DNA from: Octopus bimaculoides
Lineage: Eukaryota
Reading direction: 5' to 3'
DNA length: 64,000 bases
NCBI RefSeq assembly: GCF_001194135.2
Contig: NC_068992.1
Location: forward strand, 26,291,071-26,355,070
Position numbers and translations under genes: made by a program. Every line of letters begins with the position of its first letter. Position 1 is the stretch's first letter. The notes under the pieces were generated by a model. The model was not told where the DNA came from. It made no database searches and saw only the letters and a program-made list of their open reading frames with translations. Positions 12,362-25,330 of the stretch are shown one piece after another.

Positions 12362-13627
12362 TATGAGGCTAAAACATGAAATTCATCACAACATATTTCA
12401 AAAATGCGGAAATTTTGTTCATCAAAGTAAGTACCATTACAATCAACACATTTTTGCCAACGAGTTACAAATGTGTTTATTCCGGTAACATAAAAATCTG
12501 GACTTCTGGAGCTAATGAACTCTTTAAACGCACTTTCAGCATCGCTTTGATTTTTTTTAACTCCTTTTCTCGTAGGAAACCATCAAGACGATTGAAAAAG
12601 CGGTAGTTGGTAGGAGAAAGGTTTGGAGAATAAGTTTGGTGGAGACGAACTTCGTAGCCAAGTTCCCTCAACTTATGAAGCATCATTAGTGAAACGTGTT
12701 GTGGAGCTTTGTCATGAAGAATGACTGGCCCTCTTCTGTTGACCAGTCTGAGACGGAGGAGTAGCAGTTTTTCGTTCATTTTGGCAATTTCATTGTAATA
12801 TGTTTCTGCAGTAATGGTTTTTCCAGGTTTCAAGAAGTTATAGCGGATGAGTCCAGTAGTACACTACCAAACAGTCATCATAACCTTCTTTTTGAAGAGC
12901 TCGGATTTAGAGAAGGTTTTCGGTGCTTCATTTTGGTCCAATCACTGCGAAGAACATCTTTTATTATTGTACGGAATCCACTTTTCATCGCAAGTTACCA
13001 CACGATCGAGACATGGATCGGTTTGGTTACGAACTAGAAGCGACAAGCAAATTTCGTAACAGCGCATTTTCTGATTTTCATTTAAATCATGTGCTACCCA
13101 GTGTTTAGTTCTTTGATTTTCCGATCGCATGCAAATGGTTGGAGGCAGTTGTCTGTCTAAGCTGAAGTTCTTTTGCCAGTTCTCGAGTGGTTTTACGTGG
13201 ATCTTTCTCAATGACGGTCTTTAATTGAGCGTCTTCGATGAGAGATGGGTGTCCATTACGCTCACGATCTTCAAAGCTCAGGTCTCTACTGCGAAATCTT
13301 TCAAACCATTTTTGAGCTGACCACTCACTGGTCATTTCCTCATCAAACGTTTCGTAGATATCGCGAGCAATTTCAGCTGTTTGCATCCTTCTTTGAATTT
13401 GAATAGCAAAACTGCTCGAATATCGCGCTTTGACAGTTCCATACCAGATAATTGTAACAATGGTGAAAAAAGTATCAATCTTAATTTATTGATGCATTTG
13501 GGCAAATCAATGTCTGTATTATCAGACAAGTGCCAAACAAATTGTTTAAAAATATTAAAAACTCTGCAAATATCCGGTACAAATTCTTCATGATTCAAGC
13601 TTTGCTTAATTTTTACTCAACCTGATA
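12362..13627 (-). mobile_element. mariner (DD34D-type) transposon, frameshifted
   Basis: Fragments WFERFRSRDLSFEDRERNGHP, VVTCDEKWIPYNN, ILHDKAPQH, YSPNLSPTNYRFF; TA-tcaggttgagtaaaaatt terminus at 13627; left end approximate. Confidence 0.92.
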
Positions 13628-14090
13628 GATTGTTATGACTATGTCTTCATTCGGCGAAAGAGGTTTCGAAACCATTTTTATTTTCTTTGGTAATATTAAT
13701 GCAGCAGCGCTTCCTTTTAATTAGTTCGCACGTTATTTTTATATTCTGCTTTGTCAACGCTTTGTCACATTGTACAGCAGATTCCATTAATATTGCGATA
13801 TCACATTCGTCTCTCCTATCGCTTTAGATCTTTATTCGTTTATTTCACAAATATACTCCAATGCCACATTTAGAACCAATGTAAATGATTGTAACGAGAA
13901 TGACTGGTGGCCAATGGAACAACGATGTTCTCAAAGTACTCTTTAAATCGAAATAGTGAATCAGTTTGCTCTGCTCCTGTTCGGACACGAGTTGACGATT
14001 ACACATATCATTCATAGCTTTATCGTCTGCTTCCAGATTCACTACTGCAAAAGGAATTATTTCACGATTCCTCAAAAGTTTATAAATTCC
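13620..14090 (-). pseudogene. TIR-like remnant
   Basis: FAVVNLEADD...QLVSEQEQSKLIHYFDL...VILVTIIYIGSKC...IAILME...ELIKRK follows TIR motif order over about 150 codons, with 2 stops. Confidence 0.25.
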
Positions 14091-14166
14091 TATGACGCTA
14101 GCAACATACATGCATACATGTATACATACATATATCTTTCTATCTATACACATGTATTCATATATA

Positions 14167-14223
<57 letters not shown>

Positions 14224-14817
14224 GCAATACCATGCACTTGCATGCACACGTGCACACGCACACGTACACATCACACGAAACATGTCTATGATATATGTGG
14301 TGAGGCAAGAAGGAGAGTGATCGATCAAAACCTGAAATTTCAACATTTAAAAATATATTCCATTTTATGAATTCATCGATCACCCTATTTTCCTCGCTTA
14401 CATTTGCCATAAAACGAAGATTTAAATGAATTGTTTAGTAGGGGAATGATAAAAGGAAACTTTATGCAAGTTCAAGGAGCTACCACCATAGCCGCCGCCC
14501 CGAAGTATCAATGTACGTCTTTTCCTTTTCCCATTTTCGGCATACTATTCATTGTGCACAACTTTTACTGTTCTTCATTTGTGGTTATATTTTATCCAAA
14601 GCTTTTCAAACTTTTGATGCAACCCGTTGTAATCTCTCGCAGTGTTTATCCATCCGTCTGTCATTTCTGTTGTTCCAACTGCGCTATTTCACTTAACAAT
14701 AAAATCATATATTTGTTCTTTACATACATACGTACATATAAACATACACACATACATATACGTGCTTACACACCCGCCTTCATCTTTTGTTTTTCTGTAA
14801 ACTCTCACTATATATTC

Positions 14818-14940
<123 letters not shown>

Positions 14941-15000
14941 CGTATCTATGTATATGTATATTTTCACGCACTAACAGATATAAAATTAACTATTTCTACT

Positions 15001-15192
15001 CTAAGCACAAGGCCTTTCAAATTTTGAGGGCAACGGGTTAGTCGATTATTTCGACCCCAGTGCGTAACTGGTACGTACCAATGGATGAAATTCAAAATCG
15101 ACCTCGGCGGAAATTGAGCTCATAACGTAACGCCAGGGGAAATACTACTAAGCACTTCGCCCGACGTGCTGACTATTCTGCCAAGTCGCCGG
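15001..15192 (-). mobile_element. SINE family A
   Basis: gtcgattatttcgaccccagtgcgtaactggtac...tcgacctcggcggaaattgagctc...ttctgccaagtcgcc. Confidence 0.88.
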
Positions 15193-16059
15193 TTTAACAT
15201 ATAAAAAATAATATATAAACCAAATGAGAATAAAATCTATAAAACCAGATAAATTTTAAGACGCATAGAAATAGATTATGTAAGAAAAGAGCAAGTATTT
15301 GAAACTATTGTACACATGTTAATAGAAATATATTTTAGAAAACGATACAACATTAGAACATATTTAACAAAGAATGGTATGTGGTTAAAAATAATCTTAT
15401 TATAGAGTAAATTTAATGACTACCACGAAGCTAATTTACATCTAAGGAAACCGCTAGGAAATAAAACTCGAATCTGTGCAGCATTCTTATTTTATTTAAA
15501 TGCTAACTTATTATTTAGTAGTGTTGCATAATTGATTCAGTCATATACAGTTGCATTCTGTTTTACAGCTGAAATCATTAAAACAATTTGACAAGGTATA
15601 TAAACAAGGTTATTGAATTTCAATAGAATAACAACCACCACTCCAAAGAAGTCGAAAAGAACGTAAACTATTTTACATACTAATAAAAGTTTATGTCAAT
15701 GAATTTTTGTTTTTATTTTCAAATGCTATGTTGACAGCCTTATTGTTGAATTTGCAATTTGTGTGGATATAGGAACAAACGGAATTATTTTCAAAACAAG
15801 GGAAACACATGGGACTCGCCTGAGTACGCAATATAGAAAGTAGATATAGTAAAAATAGGTGAGAATGCAAAAAAAAGAAAAGGAGAAGGCAGGAAAAAAT
15901 GTAGAGCGAATGTTGTAGTTAGATACTTTGAGAGGCAGGTATAAGAAAAACAACATATAATTCAAAATACTTAAACGCCATGAATAGAGGAAAGGTAAAG
16001 TAGAACTGTGCACCTAAACGGTAAATCACACACACACGCACGTATATACCAACATATAT

Positions 16060-16067
16060 ATATATAC

Positions 16068-16117
<50 letters not shown>

Positions 16118-16293
16118 NNNNNNNNNNNNNNNNNNNNNNNNNNNNNNNNNNNNNNNNNNNNNNNNNNNNNNNNNNNNNNNNNNNNNNNNNNNNNNNNNNN
16201 NNNNNNNNNNNNNNNNNNNNNNNNNNNNNNNNNNNNNNNNNNNNNNNNNNNNNNNNTATATATATATATATATATATATATATAGCAATATAT

Positions 16294-16343
<50 letters not shown>

Positions 16344-16345
16344 AC
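16060..16345. repeat. Compound (TA)/(TG)/gap/(TA)/(GA) microsatellite block
   Basis: Directly visible. Confidence 0.95.
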
Positions 16346-16440
16346 ATATACATACATACATACACACACGCATATATATGTCTATATATTTATTTTATAT
16401 TTACCACTAAAAATTAGTTGTCGATAATTTATATACGCTG

Positions 16441-16716
16441 TTGTTGTTTGTTCCTTCTTGAGTCATGCCTGGCTCATAAGGCCCGATTTCTTGGAAGGGA
16501 CGCTGGTCTGCCGCAGGTGAACTGCTGGATGCAGGTGGAATGAGTGAGAGAAACCTGAGGCGAAAGAATCAGCAGAAGTTCGGCATTACCTTCTGCCCGA
16601 GCCGCGTGGAGCTGAAGTATTTTGCTCATAAACACACACATCACTTGGTCTAAGATTCGAACCAGCGATCCCTCCACCGAGAATCCGTTGCCCTAACCAC
16701 TTGGTCATGTGCTTCC
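16441..16716 (-). mobile_element. tRNA-derived SINE, family C
   Basis: Reverse complement begins ggaagcacatgaccaagtggttagggc (A box) ... ggttcgaatc (B box) and ends in an (AAC)-type tail. Confidence 0.8.
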
Positions 16717-17039
16717 ATTAATTTATATATATGTACGTGCAATAAATTAATACTTATAAAATGTTCGCTAAATATATATTGTTTTATTCATAGTTTGGTA
16801 GACCTAATGAGCTGATAGATCATCCAGCATATACGTAATGGGAAATCTTGTCCTCACTTATTTTCGTAAGCGTAAGGTTACATTTTTTTCCAACATTGGA
16901 AGGCACTGAGTGAAGTGTGTTAACTGATGTCCTTTAGAAGTGGAATTGATGGATTTGCATGTGTTTTAAATGGAATAAGAGAAAAAGATCAAATTTCTAT
17001 GTTATTCTTATATCAAATATAGAGAACGAGAAATAGATT

Positions 17040-17230
17040 TAGCAACATTCTTGAGGTATGAAATATTTAACCGACTATTAAATCTATATATGTCGATGCT
17101 ATTCTAATTTGGGATAGTTACAAGATATTTGAAACAGAACTGGAGTAATTAATTAGTATGAACCTTCACAACATAAATATATTCAATATTAAATTATAGT
17201 AAATGGAAGAGTACAAGAGATTAAAACCAG
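17040..17230 (+). mobile_element. Possible Penelope-like RT remnant
   Basis: IYVDAILIWDSY...MNLHNINIFNIK loosely resembles RYVDDIFIIW...LNxxHxNIKFT. Confidence 0.25.
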
Positions 17231-17779
17231 TGAAAAATCCAGAAACACACGCCCGGGATGAAAGCTAAATGATAATTTGCAGTGAACTACATAGCATTTA
17301 TTAATTAATATTGTTTGCGTGGTGTTTAGAAAGTCGTTGAAAAATTAAAGTGATACGTAAAAAAGTATCTAGAAGCAGCCGTAACACAGCATAAAGAGCA
17401 GACAACCTGATTTGAAATAAGTCCTGTGAGATGCAGAAATTTTAGCAGGGAGATATTCATGAGCTGTCCCCACGAGACAAAATTATCCTCTAATCTCATA
17501 ATTTTTCTTCCTCTCATCATACTTCTACCTTTTCTTTGTCTTTTGCCTGTCTAATTGTTCTCCTCTTGTTTGTTTTTTTATTCCCGCTATCACCGTATCA
17601 ACAATAACATAATGACATAATTTTTAAGCAGCTATAATTTATCAACTTGTATTATGTACCCACTCTGTTGTGGTCACTTGGTTGATTTCACAAACACACA
17701 ATATGTATCTGTCTGTTTGTCTGCCTGTTTTCATTATATATTAAGTTATTAAGTTGTAAAGCATCATCTGTGAGCTTGT

Positions 17780-18738
17780 GCATTGGTGCCTGTTTGTGTG
17801 ATTATATAATTTAATAGGTATTTGTGGGAATGCTTTCATGTGTGAGCTCTGTATAACGTGCAAGATACTAGACAAAAGTACTTCGTCTGTGAAAAGTAGT
17901 TCAGTACTATGAAATGTTCCTGGACACTGAGTCTTTTTATTTCCATGTCTGCGACTTGAAATATGTAAGATATTCATATTGTTACGTTATAACTGCTTTT
18001 AAGCTATATGCTCTAAAAGGATATTATTGAATATTTCTGGATACTGAGTCTTTTTATTTCCATGTCTGCGACTTGAAATATGTAAGGTATACATATTGTT
18101 ACTTTATACTGCTTTTAAGCTATATGCTCTAAAAGGAATTTTAGTTGCTGCTAGAGCATAACGGAAACATACATCAACCATTTTAAGAAATGACATAAAA
18201 TTAATATCTCATAAGAATATATTTCATCCTCGGAAGTTTTTTATGCTCCCCTCGATAAATTACTTCAAGCACAATAAGAAAATGCACAAGATAAGAATAA
18301 AGTCTCACAAATTATCTCGATACATTAAAAGTATCAAGGATATCTTCTATCAGATGATGGACTGCGGTCTAAACAGTTGGGATGGTCGTAATGAGAGCAA
18401 CTTCATTCAAAGTTTAATCCTAGTCGGTCGGCACTGATCCGAAGCAAAACAAATATAACAGCACAAATACTAATAATTAGGGCTAAGTGCCACTGTTATC
18501 CAGTTGGAAAAAAAACAGCGCTTAATGTAACTGTAGCAGGAAACCTCGAAACCAAGAAGTTTTCAGAGAAATATCCTGAAGAAAATACGATAAAAAATAG
18601 TTTTATGTATCCTTCTGATATCATGGTAATAAGATGTACGAGATATTTTGAACGTGAAACGTTAGTTATTGAGAGTATAGAAGTGAAAGAAACATTAACA
18701 AGTATACTTGTTGCAATATCATTCAATGTATTTTACTA
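17780..18738 (+). pseudogene. Candidate decayed LRR-TM gene
   Basis: Leader plus Cys-rich LRRNT-like start (HWCLFV*LYNLIGICGNAFMCELCITC...L*NVP); two long open frames (about 18162-18437 and 18395-18738) ending KCHC...C...TLTSILVAISFNVFY. Confidence 0.25.
17911..18137. repeat. Tandem duplication, about 117-bp unit x2
   Basis: ctggacactgagtctttttatttccatgtctgcgacttgaaatatgtaag...gctatatgctctaaaagga occurs twice head to tail. Confidence 0.95.
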
Positions 18739-19409
18739 ACTATAGACCGTAATGATGTATGTAAAAATATTCTTTCACCGTATTAACATAAACATTTGGA
18801 AGAAGTAGCTATTGCAACTGTAAGCTGATATAAAGAAGACATCACTATATACTTGACTCAACATACAAGATACACAAACGTGCATACACACATGCACGCA
18901 CATATACAGACACACCAAACGCACTCATACATACATACACACACATCTATATATATATATATCCTTTAATTTCTATATGTATACACAAATATATATACGC
19001 AGATATAAAATTTATACACATGCGCACACGCACACACACACACANNNNNNNNNNNNNNNNNNNNNNNNNNNNNNNNNNNNNNNNNNNNNNNNNNNNNNNN
19101 NNNNNNNNNNNNNNNNNNNNNNNNNNNNNNNNNNNNNNNNNNNNNNNNNNNNNNNNNNNNNNNNNNNNNNNNNNNNNNNNNNNNNNNNNNNNNNNNNNNN
19201 NNNNNNNNNNNNNNNNNNNNNNNNNNNNNNNNNNNNNNNNNNNNNNNNNNNNNNNNNNNNNNNNNNNNNNNNNNNNNNNNNNNNNNNNNNNNNNNNNNNN
19301 NNNNNNNNNNNNNNNNNNNNNNNNNNNNNNNNNNNNNNNNNNNNNNNNNNNNNNNNNNNNNNNNNNNNNNNNNNNNNNNNNNNNNNNNNNNNATATATAT
19401 ATATATATA

Positions 19410-20815
19410 TACAGGGTGTTTCAAAAACTTTGATGTCAATTGAGATGTAAATATCACAGAAACTACAAAAGCAAAGCAAATTAAATTAAACAGGTTTAAT
19501 GTTGAGCAATATAAGATTTATTCCTCCAAATTTAAATGAGAAATTCAAAGGTATGTGGATTCCATGATCGATTTCACAAATGTACAATATGCACACTGCC
19601 TAAGACACAACACACGTCAAGTCGGTTGTCCAGCTCCCCCCAACATGCTGCATCATGTATTGGGTAACAGTACCCAGTGCGGTAGTGATTCTCTGCTCGA
19701 GATGCTCCAGGTGTGCAGGAAGAGTGGGGTCATAGACCAGGGCCTTCACATAGCCCTAGAAAAATAATCGCAAGGTGTCAGGTCAGGTGTACGTGGCGGC
19801 CATTTCAACAGCACCTTATCTGGTCCATCTCCCTCGCAGATTGTCATTGAGATAAGTCCGTATAGTGAACTTCCCGTGCGGGGAAAAATGAAATCTTCAT
19901 ATTCATTTGTAAGGAGCTCATACATCCATTAGCCAGTTCTGAAGTATTTGCAAGTAAACATCGCTGGTCACATTTTCTTCAAAGAAAAACGGGCTAAGAA
20001 GATCCTTGTTGGAGATGGTGCAGGACAAATTCACTTTTGGTGAGTCCCTCTCATGCTCAACTGTGACATGGGGATTTTCTTTGCTCCAACTGCGAACATT
20101 ATACATTTTGACTTTACCGTCCGTATGAAATGTGGCCTCACCACTCAAAACAAGACTTTCCTTGAACTCGGCTTCTTCAAACTGCTCTTGCATATAAACA
20201 CAAAATTGTTTGCGCTTTCGCTTCTCATCTGCCGTTATGGCCTGAACGAGCTGCAGCTTGTAGGGTTTCATTAGCAAACGTTTCCTCAGGACGTGCCAAA
20301 CTGACGTTGCAGGAATCTGGGACTTATTGTTTTTGAGGCTTCACAAGAGTTTTTGGCGAACCCGCTCGACCGTCTTTTCCGACGTTAGTGGTCGTCCAGA
20401 TCCTTTTGCCCTGCACAGAAAGCCTTTCTCTTTGAATTTTTTATGCCATGTCCAAATCTGCATAGCCATTTGTGACGTTTTAGTGAACTCTCTCGCAAAT
20501 GCACGCTACACAGTCTTATTCGACTGTGTTCGAGCACACTCCAACACACACAAAACGATTTTTCTCTTTCAGTGAATGTCATTTCTATACCTGAAAAGAT
20601 AGACAAATTAAACATTAAACATAAAAGTTTGATCTGTTTCTACACATGCTGTTTGGCTGTGTGGTAAGTAGCTTGCTTACAAACCACATGGTTCTGGGTT
20701 CAGTCCTACTGCGTAGCACTTTGGTTAAGTGTCTTCTACTATAGCCTCGGGCCGACCAAAGCGTTGTGAGTGGATTTGGTAGATGGAAACTGACAGACGC
20801 CAGTCGTATGAATAC

Positions 20816-20851
<36 letters not shown>

Positions 20852-21121
20852 TTGTCCGCCAACATAGTTTGACGACAGACGCTGGTGTGTTATCGTCCCC
20901 GTAACTTAGCGGTTCGTCTAAAAATAACGATAGAATAAGTACTACGCTTACAAAGAATAAGTCATGGGGTCGATTTGCTCAACGAAAGGCGTTGCTCCAG
21001 CATGGCCAAAGTCAAATGACTGAAACAATTAAAAGAGTAAAAGAGTAAAAGAGTCATTTGAACAAGAACTGGCAAAGTTATTAGATTGCGAAATGGTATC
21101 AAACTTTTGAAATACCCTGTA
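19410..21121 (-). mobile_element. Tc1/mariner-superfamily transposon (maT/DD37D-like) with both TIRs, interrupted by a SINE
   Basis: TIRs TA-cagggtgtttcaaaaactttgat and reverse TA-cagggtatttcaaaagtttgat; transposase pieces MTFTEREKSFCV, KPYKLQLVQAIT, LSGEATFH, WPPRTPDLTPCDYF (about 19580-20580). Confidence 0.93.
20645..21054 (+). mobile_element. SINE family B nested inside the maT-like transposon
   Basis: tggctgtgtggtaag A box, gggttcagtcc B box, (AAAGAGT)n tail. Confidence 0.93.
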
Positions 21122-21148
21122 CGCGTCCATTTGCAAGTAAGTTTTAAC

Positions 21149-21188
<40 letters not shown>

Positions 21189-21272
21189 NNNNNNNNNNNN
21201 NNNNNNNNNNNNNNNNNNNNNNNNNNNNNNNNNNNNNNNNNNNNNNNNNNNNNNNNNNNNNNNNNNNNNGAG

Positions 21273-21315
<43 letters not shown>

Positions 21316-21481
21316 CACACACACATATTTATATATAAATATATATGAAATTAAAACATAGGGTAAAAAATCAGATATTAATTAATATCGATTTATTACC
21401 TGGAAGCTAGCACATTAAAAGAATCAGAGAGATTCAGAAAAAATATCTAAGATCTTAGGGGATTAATGTATATATTTATAT

Positions 21482-21880
21482 ATAACGATGACTACTACGT
21501 GGACATTTAATGTGCTAGAATAAGATCACATGTTGTGTCGACTAAGACCTAATAGTTCTCAAAAGAAATTCAGCGAAATACCAAACCGTATGCGGCATGA
21601 CAGTGAAAATTACATTAAAAAAAATAAAACATTATCATTCGTGGACCGATTTCGGAATTAACATTCTCTTACTGAAAATATCTGACCCTCTTCAGCACGA
21701 TTTGCAAGAAAATTGTAATTCCCAGAATTTGTTTTATTTTCGTTTATGTAATTTTCACTGTATCGCCCGTATACGGTTTGGTATTTCGCTGAATTTCTTT
21801 TGAGAACTATTATGTCTTAGTAGACACAAGATGTGATCTTCTTCTAGCACATTAAATGTCCACGTAGTGGTCATCGTCAT
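21482..21880. mobile_element. Foldback/MITE-like element with about 150-bp inverted arms
   Basis: 21482-21631 is the near-perfect reverse complement of 21730-21880; about 100-bp spacer; (TA)n on both flanks. Confidence 0.88.
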
Positions 21881-21890
21881 NNNNNNNNNN

Positions 21891-21930
<40 letters not shown>

Positions 21931-23219
21931 TATAATGAATGGGGAAACAGAAAATGGATTTAGTGAGAGTGTTTATTCAGCACAACGCTCCTTTCGACCC
22001 ATCCTGTATCTGTCCATTAAAGGTGCGATATAGTGCATCCAGTTACATCTATCAATGCAGGTTGTGTATGTATATATACAAGATACTCATTTATATATAT
22101 TCTTTTGTGTGAATGCGTAATTGCATGTGCCTTTGTGCGCGCGTGTGTGTGTTTGTTTCGTCAAATTATAAATGATACTTATATAAAGATGATGTTGCTG
22201 TTGGCGTTGTTGACAAAGATTGATATTTTTATTAATAAGTAGTTTTACTATTAATAAAGTGGTTTATTTACTCATAATTTTTGTTCTCCTCTTCAATGTT
22301 GTTTGATTGTAAACACTTATTTGGTACAAACTAGTCAAATACGATTTTGTAGTGGGCGACATATTTTAGTTGCAATGTTATAACATTACATCTAAAATAT
22401 AAAAAGATACATGATTGATATTGTTATTAAACATGTTTCTATTCTGTTCCAGGAGTCTAAGTATATAAGACGTTTTAGATATTATAGCATCTTAGATAGT
22501 ATTTCTTCCACAGTGTATATTTCTCTATTTCTAAGATTTTAACGTGAGTATCGTCTGCCTGCAAATATCAGTATGACGATTGACGAGCAATTTTATATAG
22601 TAAAATATTTCCAGTGAATTCTAATAATTACTGGATCAATTGATTTGTGAAGATTTATTCACATATATACGACAATGAAATAGTATATATTTGCCATAGT
22701 TAATGCGCCAGTATCAATAATTTTGCTAGTATCAAAGTTAAGCATGATATTCGTCCTTGGGCAGCATCTATTATTTCCTATTTGCTTACCACTGGAAGAT
22801 ATAAAAAATGGTTAACATTTCCTTCAATCTTTGCTTTTGTTACGTTTATTGAAACCCCCAAAATTCATCTTAACACATAGCTATGTTGTATCCCAACTAC
22901 TCCTCCTCAAGCCTCTGAGTGGCAAATCTGTGATATTGAGGAGAATATTTTTTATAAAGATATTTCTGCTTTAGCAACTCAGCGCTAAATCTGTCTGAAA
23001 TTTAATGGAAAATAGGTTAGTTTGAAAACATTGATGTCCATGTCACAAACTTTGACGGGAATAGTAGTCATTTCCTTTGATTTCTAGAACGAAGCAAATA
23101 GAAAATAACACGTACTGACCAAAGACAAAAAAAGAAATTAAAATTTTGTTACACAGTGAAATATACTTGCTTCATAGTTAATATGATGAACTCTGCCGTT
23201 TTCCGAGATGTTTGCTATG

Positions 23220-23720
23220 ATCCTTGTAAACAGGTTTTCGTAAAATGTTACAGTACAATAGAATAAACACTTATAGTAATGCAAGTTCAAGGACGAGCGA
23301 AAGTATATAAACTAACTGCTTGTGCCACCGCTATAGTTTATTAAAAGGCATTCGATATCTTTGATATGCATTCTATGCCGAAGTTACTCAAGATAAAATG
23401 AGTCGGGGGAAAACATGTGAGGTTTGTCATAAAAGCAAACAAGAGTACCACAGACATTACTCTGCTGTCAACTTTCGCAATAATTCCATTTGCAAATGGT
23501 GTAAAACAAGTAAATACCATTTCTTCAAAACGCTTGACCACATACCTCTAAATAGTCATGTAAAACATCTAATGGACAGGAATCATTAAAATCTCTAGCG
23601 AACACGTGACATATCTCCAATATGTAGACGATACCATCCTCATTGCAGAAACGCCTTATGTGTTGCAGAACTTGATGAGAGAGGTGGACACTCGAAAGAT
23701 AAATTTGTAAAACATAGTTG
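23220..23720 (+). mobile_element. RTE-like LINE reverse transcriptase fragment
   Basis: TGFRK..YSTIE, *KAFD, NGVKQVNTIS and YLQYVDDTILIAE appear in RT motif order. Confidence 0.82.
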
Positions 23721-24259
23721 TTTTTTAGTACTAGTTGAGTTCTAATGATCAAGCTGTTCTTTCATCAAATGCGTTTTCTATATTATGTCCTAACCTATTC
23801 AGATATAATGCCATAGAAGTAACAAATTGCACCTTTGTAGTTTTTAAGCGTAGAGCGTGTGATACAAAGAAGGTCTAGGTACCATTAATAGTAGGCCATA
23901 TAACCACGTACAGCCTTACTGGTTAGATGGAGTAAACGTATCTTTAAACATATTCTAATATTGTTATCTTGGCATTTTAATAAACGTATTTTGATAGAAT
24001 TGAGGATAGTCTTGTGTAAAGTAATACGTGTGGGGAACATAACTACAGTTTGAAAACTGTCTTTCGGTGCACTTAGCTTGTAATTTTTTTTTAATTATCA
24101 AAGATTTCATGCATAGCAGTATGCTGTTGATTAACCTGGGTCGTTGTTATCATCTGAAGAGAAAGAGCCAGTATTAAATGAAATATCACTTTTGTGAAGT
24201 AAAATGTTGTATATGCGTCACATTGAAACTCGCAAGAAATATGCACACTAAGGAGAATT

Positions 24260-25330
24260 CGCGTGTTTCTATATTTTATTTCACTACAATATAATTTGAT
24301 TATCAAATTGTTGTTGAACGTTAGCAAACAAAATTATTATAATAAAGTATCAATATTAAAATATCAATCCAAAATAACGAAGGTTACACTAATTAGCGCA
24401 GTACATGAAGATGTGACAGGGTCATTATATCCTCCAAAATTCTGATCGAAATGCTCTTCTGTCTCATATATAAAAGTCCAAGGTACATGTAAACAATCTT
24501 GGTATCATAAGCTTATGAAGACCGACATTTGTTTGAGTGTTAAGCGTACATTTAGTCATTCTGTATGTATTTCAGGCTGTGTTTCCTTTATTCTGAATAT
24601 AATCTCTGCACTTTGCTGTAAATGACAGTTATGTTCAACTGGTATTGTAACCCTTAAGGATTGATTTTAAACAAACTTCTATTCATAGAATCCACATACC
24701 TTTATACTACAATACTATTAATTATGTTTCTATACGCTCGTCTTAAACCTGCCTATGATTAACATGGTATTTTCTTACGAAGACAATCTTCTAAAATTTA
24801 ATAAAATCATAGCTAGTGTATAGCCTATCGCATCGCTTATTGAATCCATTGTAGTTGTCATTCATTTATATTTAGTGAATGTATGCCCAAGTTTTTATCA
24901 TGCCCAGCTTCGAAAACTTATAGAATTTATATCTAAACTTGAATGATGGAAATTATGTAATTTCTAAAGATTTTAATTTGTGCTTCTTTTTGTTTTATTG
25001 TAACAGTTGTGTTCATAGGAATTCTTGAAACGAAGTTTTAGTAAACTTTTACAACTGTATCCACAAGAGAAATAAATATTCTCTCATAAGCCGGTCTCAA
25101 TGACAGCACTATGCTAACTTGTTAGGAATATTGACTTTGCAAACACACTTTCAGAACGAATAAAGATACATTGACAGAAAGAAAAAAATATGTTACTCGT
25201 ATTTGAAATGGTTTTAATTAATCATTTAGAATTTAGATTGCTGAACGGTACGGAAATATATTATGCTTTGTAAAACAAATTATCGCTATTCTGGGCGACT
25301 GAATAGATAATATCAGAAAATTGTCTGTAG
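24260..25330 (+). pseudogene. Candidate decayed TLR: LRR-like, LRRCT, TM and TIR-like motifs in order
   Basis: ISLQYNLIIKL (about 24280); PLYYNTINYV (about 24700); NP/HCSCH across a frameshift (about 24843); ILICASFCFIVTVVFIGIL (24970-25026); VLINHLEFRL...IISENCL (about 25210-25330). Confidence 0.33.

Noticed and set aside
15200-15900. LRR-like motifs (IKSIKPDKF on +; SLNLLYNKII on -)
   Set aside because: Equally good motifs on both strands, so strand cannot be assigned and chance is sufficient
22840-22870. 14-nt match (atgaattttggggg) to the ORF start at 4891
   Set aside because: No similarity beyond the 14-mer; many such matches are expected in AT-rich sequence
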